The notes under the pieces were generated by a model. That model did not search any database and had not been told where the DNA came from. It saw only the letters and a list, made by a program, of their open reading frames with translations. From Octopus bimaculoides (Eukaryota), in NCBI RefSeq assembly GCF_001194135.2, contig NC_068981.1:175274420-175318830 (forward strand): a DNA stretch of 44,411 bases, given 5' to 3'. Below are positions 13,231 through 24,445 of the stretch, one piece after another; the stretch's first letter is position 1; each line of letters opens with the position of its first letter. The position numbers and the translations under genes are program-made.

Positions 13231-13956
13231 TACGTTTACTTTCAGAGTATGATGGTTGGAGTTTGGGATGTGAATTTATGTATCACTTTAAATTTGATGT
13301 TTTTTTTTGGGGGGGGGGGAATTTTATATCTAAATTTGAGTATTTGTGCAGATGCGTCTAGAGATTTATGGGAAAATATAAATGCGATAGAATTTATATA
13401 GCAAGCTGTGAATGTGCTTTATAAAGGTATGAGAAAGTCATATAGGAATACGTTAAATGCAATGGGTGGGAGAGCGAAATGTTATGGTCCTTATTTGGGA
13501 AATAAAATACGGTGCATGTTTTGTCATTTTATAATGCATAGTTATGGCGACATAGCAAAAACTTTACTGTAAAATTGTTTTTATTTGTTCACATTAGTTG
13601 TTGTTATTGTTGTGTAGCTCCAACCCACTTTTGACCCAAATTATCACAGCCGTGACCATTCGAGTTTTTTTTTCTTCCCCAATATACAGGGCATCCTGAT
13701 CGCATTATCCAGTGTGCCTTTACCTAAAACAATAGTTTGAAATTTGGTTGCTATTTCTAGCTGGTTGAATGATCATACAGTGGTTCTCACAATGATATTT
13801 AGTATCATTCCTTACTTTCTCATTTCACAAAAATCTGCTGTGATATTTTGCCTTCTGTTCCGCTGGGAGCAATCAAATAAACACGATAATTGCTATAATA
13901 CACTTCATTCAATCGTCTATAAATGATTCCTTGTATCTCTTATAAATTGTTCTTGC

Positions 13957-13957
<1 letters not shown>

Positions 13958-14014
<57 letters not shown>

Positions 14015-14026
14015 ACGGTGGTGGTG

Positions 14027-14074
<48 letters not shown>

Positions 14075-14235
14075 ACGGTGGTGGTGGTGGTGGTAGTAAT
14101 NNNNNNNNNNTAGTAGTAGTAGTAGTAGTAGTAGTAGTAACGGTGGTGGTGGTGGTGGTAGTAGTAGTAGTAGTAGTAACGGGGGTGGTGGTAGTAGTAG
14201 TAGTAGCAGCAGCATCAGCAGCAGTGGTGGTAGTG
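13958..14235. repeat. (TAG)n/(TGG)n compound microsatellite with a higher-order unit
   Basis: The unit (TAG)n-TAA-CGG-(TGG)n recurs 3-4 times. Confidence 0.95.
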
Positions 14236-14829
14236 GTAATAAAGATGGTGATGGTTCTAGTTGTTGTAGTGTTCGGTGATAGTGGCGATGATGATGATGG
14301 TAGCAGCGGCGATGTCTGCAGACGTCTATTGGTGTTATTGTTGATGTTCATAACATTGTCATTAATCAGTCACTTGACACTAAGTTATTTCGAAGATAAT
14401 AATCAAGTACAGTAAAAAAAAAAAAANNNNNNNNNNAACAGAAGAAAACAACACAGAACACAACACAACGGAATGATATCAAATACGAAATCTCGGTGAC
14501 ACTCCTATACAAGACATTCCACGAAATGAATAAACTTTTTGTACCCACTTCCTACTGATATAAAATATACAGAAATTGTAGGAACAAACAAACAAGATCA
14601 AGATCAATGCTACGTATTATATGCAAGTTAACATCTATAAACACATAACAGGATCGGATAGCTTCAAACTAAGCTACAGATTTACAGTTAAACAAAGAGC
14701 TGATGTAGATATAAAGCGTGTAATGTGGAACATGAGAATAATGATATTCTCAAATTCGCAAAAACTGTTTCTGGTTTACTTACGATCTTTTTTTCTTATA
14801 AATTTGTTAGACAAGTAGAGATGTAATCT

Positions 14830-15120
14830 CTTAGATTTCCAGGTCCTTCAGGTCCGGTTTGATTGATGCAGAAAGTGGATATGGGGGAAAGAGAAGTTCT
14901 AGAATTGGGTTCTGTTTTTGGAAAGGAAAATTTGATCGAAGTGTTTATCGCGGGATTTGGTGAATAAAATAGGACAGAATTGACGTAAGCAACAAGGTCA
15001 AGCGATCAGGGTGGAGTGGAGTTGAGATGAGATGTACAGGTAATTAGACCGTTAGGAGAGACCGTTGCACTAACGGAAGAAGGAGTTACGAGAGCCAAAA
15101 GAGAAAAAACAATGAATATC
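14830..15120 (-). mobile_element. Possible highly decayed CR1/L2-type LINE 3' fragment
   Basis: The minus strand contains FFR*CNGLS, resembling the LFYRYYNGLCS motif near the end of CR1/L2 ORF2. Similarity is weak. Confidence 0.3.
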
Positions 15121-15206
15121 TAAGCTAGGAGTTGTAACAAATTTATACGTGAATTTTAGACAATGAATTTAATAATCGCTGGTAAGCGAATAAAAAGTAT
15201 AAAAGA

Positions 15207-15262
<56 letters not shown>

Positions 15263-15366
15263 NNNNNNNNNNNNNNNNNNNNNNNNNNNNNNNNNNNNNN
15301 NNNNNNNNNNNNNNNNNNNNNNNNNNNNNNNNNNNNNNNNNNNNNNNNNNNNNNNNNNNNNNNNNN

Positions 15367-15408
<42 letters not shown>

Positions 15409-16217
15409 TGTGTCGGTGTGTGTGCGTATATACAAAGCAGAAAATTAAGTCTTTAATAAAACGAACCATAAATGTATGCCAACTCGCTGCCTTACTCCGT
15501 ACAACGTAATGAGCAATCTGTTCTTACTTTGGTTTACAACCTATACTATTTCGATGTATGCACACAGACACGCACACATACAGGCGAACACATTCATACT
15601 TGTAATATTACAGGCTCAAAGGAAGATTAAAATGTTATATAAAGACGTTGTTATCATTGCTAATTAGATTAACCGCCCTTTTCTTAGAGGAAAAGAACAG
15701 GAAAAAGAATAGCAGCATAAGTAGATTAATTTTCTTTTGGTACTACTGGCATTATACATTATCTACATTTGTTTTCATATACTCAAGAAATGGTAACGAA
15801 TGCATCATTTCATTAGGCAGCACAGTCTTCCTCACAGCACTAAATATTTTAATAATGTTTTCCTACTTCATAAGAATAAAGTATTACATCTTGAACTCAT
15901 TTTCTTTTAGATGTTAATATACCAGCAGTCAAACTCAGATACTTATTACAAAAATGTCTTTCAAAACAGCGTTCTCTGTATTCGCAGAGCCCGCAAGTAT
16001 AGATTTGATACCAAGTAATATTCACTGATTTTCATAAAAGCAAGGATCTGACCGCAGCAGATATATCACTACTAATAAAAACCATAATTCACATATATAA
16101 CTCTCAAAACTTTAAACTTGAAATAGATTCAAAATCTACAGCACACGGCGTAAGTCACTATGTGGATTTACTTCCAATAAAACTTAGAGAAAAAAAACTA
16201 ACAGGATATAACATATA

Positions 16218-16560
16218 CGAGATACGTCCCAAAAGTATCCGACCTATGAGCATTAAAAAAATAGTACTATCAACAACTTTTATTTAATCACCTTCAAAAT
16301 ACCTCACTTGGGAGTTCACAAATTTTACTCAGCGGCTCCGCCACTGCTGACGATGGTTCTAGTAAACCTTCTCTGGAATGATATGGAGCTAAGCTGTCGA
16401 TTTTCATATAATGTTAACACACGACTCGAATTGGTCACCTTTCAACGTTTGTTGTTTGTTTAGGAAAGAGCCAGAAGCCACACAGGTCGGGAGAGTATAT
16501 AAAACTTTAGTTGTGTCGAGAATGCATAGCCTAGTATTTAGGGTGGTGCATTCACAATCG
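16218..16560 (-). mobile_element. Decayed mariner 3' end
   Basis: Minus strand: YSPDL-CGFWLFPK...KGDQFES...QQWRSR*VKFVNSQVRYFEGD*. The terminus TA-CGAGATACGTCCCAAAAGTATCCG is at 16216. Confidence 0.85.
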
Positions 16561-16875
16561 AGAGAACGTAACTTCAATTCCTGGATCTACAGGTGCGTTT
16601 TATTCTTGAGCAAAACAATTCATCTCACGTTGTTCTGCCACCACAACGACACCTGATGTGTGATAAATCATGCATCCATTCAGACAACGGACAACGCGAA
16701 TTTGATGGACGGAGTGACCTAATGTACAAAATTATACAGGTGGTTCAGCAAGAAATTGCAAAACCGTCTCTCTCGGACAATGAGAGACTACCATAGGTTA
16801 GTTATACCCTATGCAATCCGTTTCAACATTCCACCTTCCTTTACAAATTTATTTATATGCATGTGTTTATCTCTG

Positions 16876-16877
16876 TG

Positions 16878-16970
<93 letters not shown>

Positions 16971-16990
16971 ATGTCTGCCTGCCTGTCTGT
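16876..16990. repeat. (TATC)n grading into (TGTC)n microsatellite
   Basis: Directly visible. Confidence 0.97.
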
Positions 16991-17507
16991 GTATATTTGT
17001 ATGTATATGCATGCATGTATGTATATGTATATATCTGTATATATACTTTATAGATAAGCACATATATGTTTGCTTATGTGTGCGAGCGTATATGTGTCCA
17101 CATGATATGTATAGGTGTGTGCGTAAGTATGCGTACATACTTCAAGTCAAGTTTACCTTTAATGAACGAAAAGGTATTTTCAAATACAAAACCATCGTGG
17201 CACCTGGACAATAAATTTAATCATATCTCTTTCCAGTTTTATGTATGAATTTTTTACTTGAATGCATTTAAGCAAATCAACATACCCGACTTTTTTACTC
17301 TTTCTCAACCTCTCTTCACCTCTCTCCACCTCTCTCTCTCTATCTATGTATGTACGCTTGTGTGTGTGTGAGTGTGTATGCATATATATGTGTGTGTATA
17401 TATGTATATACTTATATATTTACATGTATGTATATATACTTATATATAGATGTATATACATATACATACACCTATATATACCTATATATAATATATGTAT
17501 ATATGCA

Positions 17508-17560
<53 letters not shown>

Positions 17561-17794
17561 AATATATGAGTATATGCATATATATGTACATGTATGTATA
17601 TACGTTCATCCACATGTACATATAGATACATAACTGGGTACGTGACGTGGATGGTTTTGACAAGGATGGTTTTGAGCATTTATAGGATTTAATCCTATAT
17701 AAACTCATGGAGATGGGATAATACAGTTCTATATTTAAGAGATGAGGAATTTTGTACATTATTTACATTATTTGTCCTCATCTTATTTGTTGTT

Positions 17795-17840
17795 AACACA
17801 ACATTTCGGCTTATGTACTCTCCAGCCTTCTTCAGGTTTC
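17795..17840 (-). ncRNA. Minimal type-I hammerhead ribozyme (mildly decayed)
   Basis: GAAAC-CUGAAGA-A-GGCUG/GAGAGUACAU/AAGCC-GAAA-UGU-U^GUGUU. Stem II has 4 bp and stem I has 4 of 5 pairs. GAAAU replaces GAAAC, breaking the ACGU palindrome. Confidence 0.7.
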
Positions 17841-17919
17841 TTGGGGGAAATTTCGAACCTGGGTTCTCATTCCTAAGGTATTTTTAGATGTTATTATTAT
17901 TATTATTACTATTATTATT

Positions 17920-17997
17920 CAGGTCACTGCCAGGTATCGAACTCGGAATCTTGGGGTTAGTAGCCCGCGCTGTTAATCACTATGCCATATGTCCGTA
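17920..17997 (-). ncRNA. tRNA-derived head (Pol III type-2 promoter), not a functional tRNA
   Basis: A- and B-boxes at tRNA spacing and a GGG-CTACTAA-CCC anticodon-like arm. The acceptor stem is imperfect. Confidence 0.75.
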
Positions 17998-18154
17998 GGC
18001 AATTATAGAGTGAAATTTTTAGGGCTTATAAATCTAATATTCTCCTATCCTTCCTTAATACCGGTTCCCATAAGCTGTTCATATCTGCACTCGGTCTGCT
18101 TCGGAGGCTCCTAAGATGAGGACAAACATCCGTGAATTGTAAATAATGTAAATA

Positions 18155-18244
18155 ATGGAGAAGAGGTTTTAAAAGTTTTATAGAATTTTAATCGTATGCA
18201 TGGATTAAAATTTTATAAAACTTTTAACATCTTCTCTTCTCCAT
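18155..18244. repeat. ~90-bp AT-rich hairpin / mini-MITE
   Basis: Inner arms of 25 bp have 1 mismatch and outer arms ATGGAGAAGAG (11 bp) are perfect. The loop is GTATGCATG. Confidence 0.9.
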
Positions 18245-18588
18245 CTTTAATCATTAGTTGAGTTTATATAAGATTATATCTTATAAATGCTCATAACATA
18301 CCTTATACTTGTTGAATTTTCATATGTCTTGAATAAGTACTTACATTAGTAAGCTACAATTTTAATATTTTAATATGAAGAATCTTTATTAGAAATCTAA
18401 CTTTGAAACACCACAAAGCAAAAATGTTCTAATTGAACTCAACGACAAGCAAACTAGGCACATCTGTTTTCATATAAAGATATGAAAAGAAAAAGAATCG
18501 AAAAGAAAAAAGTCAGTATTTGTGGCTAATACGCAGTTAAACTTACAGAAAAGAAGATATTACAAATAAGAATTACGAAATTTTAAAA

Positions 18589-18629
18589 GTCCTACGGCCG
18601 TTTCAGGGGCTTGGTGGTCCATCAGGACA
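18589..18629 (-). ncRNA. Decayed minimal hammerhead motif with an 8-nt palindromic helix III
   Basis: GTC-CTGATGG...GAA-ACGGCCGT-A-GGAC. A9 is G here and stem II does not pair. Confidence 0.45.
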
Positions 18630-18649
18630 GACCTTAGAGTCCATTACTG

Positions 18650-18750
<101 letters not shown>

Positions 18751-19231
18751 ATATACCGTGTTTTTAACAAGGCACGTCCATAATAGATCATCTCACCAAA
18801 AATATGCTACCATAAACTTCTGTTCACGTTTGATTTTTACTTCGTATAGTATGCAGATCGTTAAATATATGAACGTATATATATCAAAAGAGAGAAAGAG
18901 AGTGAATGAGATGGAGAAAGAAAGAGAGAGAGAGAGAGAATAGGTGATAAATATCATTCAAAAGACAAAATGTTCAATAAAATTCACCATATGTGTTTTA
19001 ATCTAGAACTACTGCTTTTTTATTTTGATATTAGGTTTACGTGTGAATCAACCGTTTTATTACTCTTCAGGCACCATCCGTATGAGGACATGACGTTTAA
19101 CAGAAAAGAAATGACTCATCCGTTGAACAAATATTCGCATTCATTTATGTGTGTGTGTATGTGTGTATGTGACAGAGAGAATGTCCGTTTGTGTTTGTGT
19201 GCATTTGCGCGTATGTGTATGTCTGTCTGTG

Positions 19232-19262
<31 letters not shown>

Positions 19263-19933
19263 NNNNNNNNNNNNNNNNNNNNNNNNNNNNNNNNNNNNNN
19301 NNNNNNNNNNNNNNNNNNNNNNNNNNNNNNNNNNNNNNNNNNNNNNNNNNNNNNNNNNNNNNNNNNNNNNNNNNNNNNNNNNNNNNNNNNNNNNNNNNNN
19401 NNNNNNNNNNNNNNNNNNNNNNNNNNNNNNNNNNNNNNNNNNNNNNNNNNNNNNNNNNNNNNNNNNNNNNNNNNNNNNNNNNNNNNNNNNNNNNNNNNNN
19501 NNNNNNNNNNNNNNNNNNNNNNNNNNNNNNNNNNNNNNNNNNNNNNNNNNNNNNNNNNNNNNNNNNNNNNNNNNNNNNNNNNNNNNNNNNNNNNNNNNNN
19601 NNNNNNNNNNNNNNNNNNNNNNNNNNNNNNNNNNNNNNNNNNNNNNNNNNNNNNNNNNNNNNNNNNNNNNNNNNNNNNNNNNNNNNNNNNNNNNNNNNNN
19701 NNNNNNNNNNNNNNNNNNNNNNNNNNNNNNNNNNNNNNNNNNNNNNNNNNNNNNNNNNNNNNNNNNNNNNNNNNNNNNNNNNNNNNNNNNNNNNNNNNNN
19801 NNNNNNNNNNNNNNNNNNNNNNNNNNNNNNNNNNNNNNNNNNNNNNNNNNNNNNNNNNNNNNNNNNNNNNNNNNNNNNNNNNNNNNNNNNNNNNNNNNNN
19901 NNNNNNNNNNNNNNNNNNNNNNNNNNNNNNNNN

Positions 19934-19961
<28 letters not shown>

Positions 19962-19964
<3 letters not shown>

Positions 19965-20200
19965 GTCAATTCAAACAGGAACAAGCAAGAACAAACACGA
20001 AAAATCACGAAAAAACTTCAACGCGAAGACGTGGAATAAGTACAGTGTTATTGGACGATCAGGAAAGGAAAGAAAAGAAAGAGGATCTCACACGTTTCGA
20101 GCGGAGCTCTTCGTCAGAAATATAGGAAAAGTCCAAAGAAGGGAAGACGGAGAAAGAAAATCGCCAACGATGCACACGCGGTCACATATTGGAATACATA
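19962..20200 (-). mobile_element. PLE pseudo-LTR fragment
   Basis: Contains the HHR core at 20091-20117. Its downstream motif (TTTCCTGATCGTCCAATAACACTGT) resembles the tails at 830-869 and 6040-6070. Confidence 0.65.
20091..20117 (-). ncRNA. Minimal hammerhead core, inactive copy
   Basis: CUGACGA-A-GAGC-UCC-GCUC-GAAACGU, with a perfect core and stem II. The cleavage triplet reads GUG and stem I is unpaired. Confidence 0.65.
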
Positions 20201-20256
20201 TATATTTGGATAGATGGATAGATAGATAGACAGAAAAATAGATAGCTATATACATA

Positions 20257-20519
20257 CTCTTTTCTTCTTCTCTTTTATTCTTTTACTTGTTTCAGTCATT
20301 TGACTGCGGCCATGCTGTAGCACCGTCTTTAGTCGCACAAATCGACCCACGACTTATTCTTTGTAAGCGAAGTACTTATTCTATCGATCCCTTATGCCAA
20401 ACCACTAATTACGGGGGCGTAAGCACACCAACATCGGTGGGGTGACAAAAACAGACGCACAAACACATATATACGTACATACATGCATTCATACATACAT
20501 ACATACATATCTATATATA

Positions 20520-20553
<34 letters not shown>

Positions 20554-20706
20554 TTCTTTCATTTTCCACGTACCAAATCCACTCACAGGGCTTTGTTTGG
20601 TCAACCCGAGCCTATATAAGAAGACACTTGCCGAAGGTGCCACGAAGTGGGACTGAACCGGGAACCATGTGGCTGGGAAGCAAGCTTCTTACCACACAGC
20701 CACTAC
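20257..20706 (-). mobile_element. tRNA-headed SINE family D with an internal microsatellite
   Basis: Head (minus) GTGGCTGTGTGGTAAGAAGCTTGC...GGTTCAGTCCC at 20550-20706, (CATA)n/(TA)n in the middle, and tail ...GCATGGCCGCAGTCAAATGACTGAAACAAGTAAAAG. The tail is homologous to 38741-39060 and 41023-41120. Confidence 0.9.
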
Positions 20707-21384
20707 TAAGGGTAACAGAATCAACATCAATAGTGTCTACGATAAACAGATAAATTAGATAAATAATATAGGAAACACAAATTCTTCACACATTCATGAG
20801 AAGTCTGGAGCTGAGGTCAGCAATATTATGTTAGGTTTGATATTCTATCTCTAAATGGAAGAGGACTATCGATTCCACTTGCATATGGTTTCCATGGCTA
20901 CGAGATTATCTAAGTTGGGAGGCTTGTTATATAATTCGTGTACTTGTATCCAGTGAGGTCACTTGTGACGTATCTCTTGAGAGATATATATATGTTTATA
21001 TATATATATATATNNNNNNNNNNNNNNNNNNNNNNNNNNNNNNNNNNNNNNNNNNNNNNNNNNNNNNNNNNNNNNNNNNNNNNNNNNNNNNNNNNNNNNN
21101 NNNNNNNNNNNNNNNNNNNNNNNNNNNNNNNNNNNNNNNNNNNNNNNNNNNNNNNNNNNNNNNNNNNNNNNNNNNNNNNNNNNNNNNNNNNNNNNNNNNN
21201 NNNNNNNNNNNNNNNNNNNNNNNNNNNNNNNNNNNNNNNNNNNNNNNNNNNNNNNNNNNNNNNNNNNNNNNNNNNNNNNNNNNNNNNNNNNNNNNNNNNN
21301 NNNNNNNNNNNNNNNNNNNNNNNNNNNNNNNNNNNNNNNNNNNNNNNNNNNNNNNNNNNNNNNNNNNNNNNNNNNNNNNNNNNN

Positions 21385-21428
<44 letters not shown>

Positions 21429-22899
21429 TCAAGAACGATATAAGCTGTAGTCATGACGAATGTACTTATGTAAATCAAAAGTGTTCGTAACACGCTGTGC
21501 AACGCATGCTATGCCTGGTGAACACACAAAGGAAGAAACTATTTTCAAACTCTTAGTTATACCATGCTCATAAATATCTCCCCCCCCCCATATCCCTCGC
21601 ACACTCAACATCCCTAGCTATCAGGAAAAAAAAACTCCAGCTGATTCCCGCACCAAAATATGTAATACATCACGTATCATCAACCACTTGGGGTTATTAA
21701 CGTTTCAATACAAAAACTTATAAAATGACCATAAAGAGACAAAGGACGTACGTGTTCATCTCACAGTTTGAGACCTCTAACGCATTCGTAATAATTCGAG
21801 CCTGACCTTTTGGTCTCTTTGTTATATGGGTCAATTCTAACTTTGAAATATCCTCCATCGTGACTCGCCTCGACGGGATTGTTTTCAATGTAGTGTTCCT
21901 CAAGAATTCACCGTAACGTTTTACTCCGATTTTGTTTCTAATTCCATATTGCTTTAACTAAACAAAACTCCCCTGTCATAAATGACCCTTTTACTTTAAC
22001 TTTTTATCAGCCGTACTGCTATGCTGGTGATAACTTTTACTCGTATCTAAACTTCTGCATATACACATCAGTAACACACATCTACTATATTTCAGGCTGA
22101 GTAATCGAAAGAGGTTGTTCAATAATGATATCCATCTTTCCATCTATTTTCTCTGCCCATTATTCCTAAGAGAGCCGTGTAGTTAGACTCGTCAGGAACC
22201 TCTGCTATGTGGTCCAATCGGAAGCAACCGTTATTTGAATATCTAGTTGGATTCCCAAATGTAACCAACTGAGAATATGGATGTAATCAAACCATCTCCC
22301 TCATGCTCTACTCATACGTCTCCTGCCGGCAGCCTCGGCTTCAAGAATCTGTCTTATGATAATATCTTGTGACATCATAATCGCATGTCCTTAATACCGG
22401 AGATGTGACCTCTCAATGCAGACATGAGAAGTTAGTTTTTTCTTTATCTAAATCAAAATATCATTATACATATAAAAGGAGCTAGTAGCATAATCCCTGT
22501 AATGCACATAAGCAAAACAGCTAAAATCTTCAAACTTGTTACGAAAATCGTTTATAGCTCCGAAACATCAATAACATTCTCAAAATTCAGACTAACGCTT
22601 CAGAACCAGAAAATAATTGACTCCTGATAATTTTCCGGCCATATAAAAATCATAACTGCCATTCTTGTCAAAGGAAATCATGATCTATATAAGCTAGAGT
22701 ACATAACAATCGATATATTAGCAAATATTTACAATGTAACACAACACAATATAACAACTAACACATAGACACTGTTTCTACAACGAAACTAAAATGTATT
22801 TTGCCTCTCTGAATAATATGCGACTATCAACTTTACAAAATCCAATCCGATACATCAACCAACTCCAACGCGAACTTCTCAATAGGCTTCAAGTACTAG

Positions 22900-23260
22900 C
22901 TCAGAGACAGTCTCTTCACACATGTATTATACTAATGCGGCTCCAGGTTTTCTGAAGCATCTAGCTAAATACTATCACTTCAATATATTTCATATTTCGA
23001 TCATGCTCCTCTTTCCTTCTTGTTGCCTTTATTGTTGTATCTAACATTCCAGAATCTTCAGTAGACACACCACATCACATACTCCTTCCATCCTAAGAAT
23101 GAAATCCTCTTGAATTTTCTTTCAGAGTACGTTTTGCTCCATATGTTGACTGAGAGATTTTTATTCTGAACATCAAATGCATCAATTTTTCGAAACATGT
23201 CGGGCCTGATACTACTATTGCCAACCATCCCTCACTTCATATTCTGAATAATCCATACAA
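22900..23260 (-). mobile_element. Possible highly decayed RTE-type LINE fragment
   Basis: Minus strand RKIDAFDV resembles the RTE post-RT R.IDAFE motif. The rest is heavily disrupted. Confidence 0.3.
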
Positions 23261-23349
23261 GAATCCCTGTAATATTTCGAAAAGTCGTATATTATTTTTA
23301 CCACAGAAATTTAGCTTTTCTTTATTCGTTTTTCTGCATCTTATAGATT

Positions 23350-23736
23350 GTTGTTGTTATTGGCACTCCGTCGCTTACGACGTCGAGGGTTCCAGTTGAT
23401 CCGATCAACAGAACAGCCTGCTCGTGAAATTAACGTGCAAGTGGCTGAGCACTCCACAGACACGTGTACCCTTAATGTAGTTCTCGGGGATATTCAGCGT
23501 GACACAGTGGGACAAGGCTGACCCTTTGAATTACAGGCAAAACAGAAACAGGAAGAAAGAGTGAGAGAAAGTTGTGGTGAAAGAGTACAGCAGGGTTCGC
23601 CACCATCCCTTGCCGGAGCCTCGTGGGGCTTTAGGTGTTTTCGCTCAATAAACACTCACAACGCCCGGTCTGGGAATCGAAACCGCGATCCTATGACCGC
23701 GTGTCCGCTGCCCTAACCACTGGGCCATTGCGCCTC
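23350..23736 (-). mobile_element. tRNA-headed SINE family B, full length with TSD
   Basis: Head GAGGCGCAATGGCCCAGTGGTTAGGGCAGCGG...GGTTTCGATTCCCAG and a (CAA)n tail. The 11-bp TSD TCTTATAGATT is at 23339-23349 and 23741-23751. Confidence 0.95.
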
Positions 23737-24351
23737 TACTTCTTATAGATTATATAGCAATAATAACTCTCAAAGTGTAAACCTATTTAAATTAAATTAA
23801 TATACATATCTACATACACCCAAATACATAATCAGACACATACTTATAAAAATAGATACATACGTGCGTGTGCGTGCGTACGGGAAATGCATTTATAAAA
23901 TGCTTTCTGTTGTTATTTTGCGTTTTAGACAGGAAGAAGGTAACTCTGTACATGACCTTCGTAGACACTTCGCGAAGAGTAAAGGCTAGAAGCGGTTAGT
24001 TCTCTTCAACATCTGGAAGTCGACGTCTGCAGGAAAAAAGCCAGTGGGCGGCAATAAAAACATCCGCAGACAAAACACTTAAATCTTGTAGACAGGTGAT
24101 TCTAACGAGAAATAAACATAATGATGTTCTCATGAATGTCAACTAAAATGAAAACACCATTAACTAATACACCTTAAAATTATTTCATCCATAATTTTAC
24201 TACAGCTGTAATAAACCTAGAAACTGTAATAATCTAGATTAAACACAGATATAGCATGAAAAAATATGAAGAAGCCTCTACAGAAAAAAGAGTATTATTA
24301 TTAAAAATTTATACTAAAAGGAGGGCTCAATACGAAAAGTAGAGGTTTTCA

Positions 24352-24445
24352 TACCTACCTACCTACCTACCTACCTGCCTGCCTACCTACCTACCTACCT
24401 ACCTACATACATACATACATACATACATACATACATACATACATA
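24352..24445. repeat. (TACC)n to (TACA)n microsatellite
   Basis: Directly visible. Confidence 0.97.

Larger units (their letters stand above)
17722..18165 (-). mobile_element. Composite non-coding element: tRNA-like head, (AAT)n, second B-box, minimal hammerhead, and pLTR-like 3' part with an inverted partial copy
   Basis: A-box TGGCATAGTGA (17977-17987), B-box GAGTTCGATAC (17934-17944), second GGTTCGAAA (17851-17859) and HHR (17795-17840). The segment AAGATGAGGACAAA...TGTAAATAATG occurs on minus at ~17755-17785 and on plus at ~18113-18157. Confidence 0.75.

Noticed and set aside
23928-23946. Possible microexon (TTTTAG ACAGGAAGAAG GTAACT)
   Set aside because: It overlaps KKVTLYMTFVD, which resembles the LINE RT LY.AFVD motif, so it is more likely a decayed RTE fragment.
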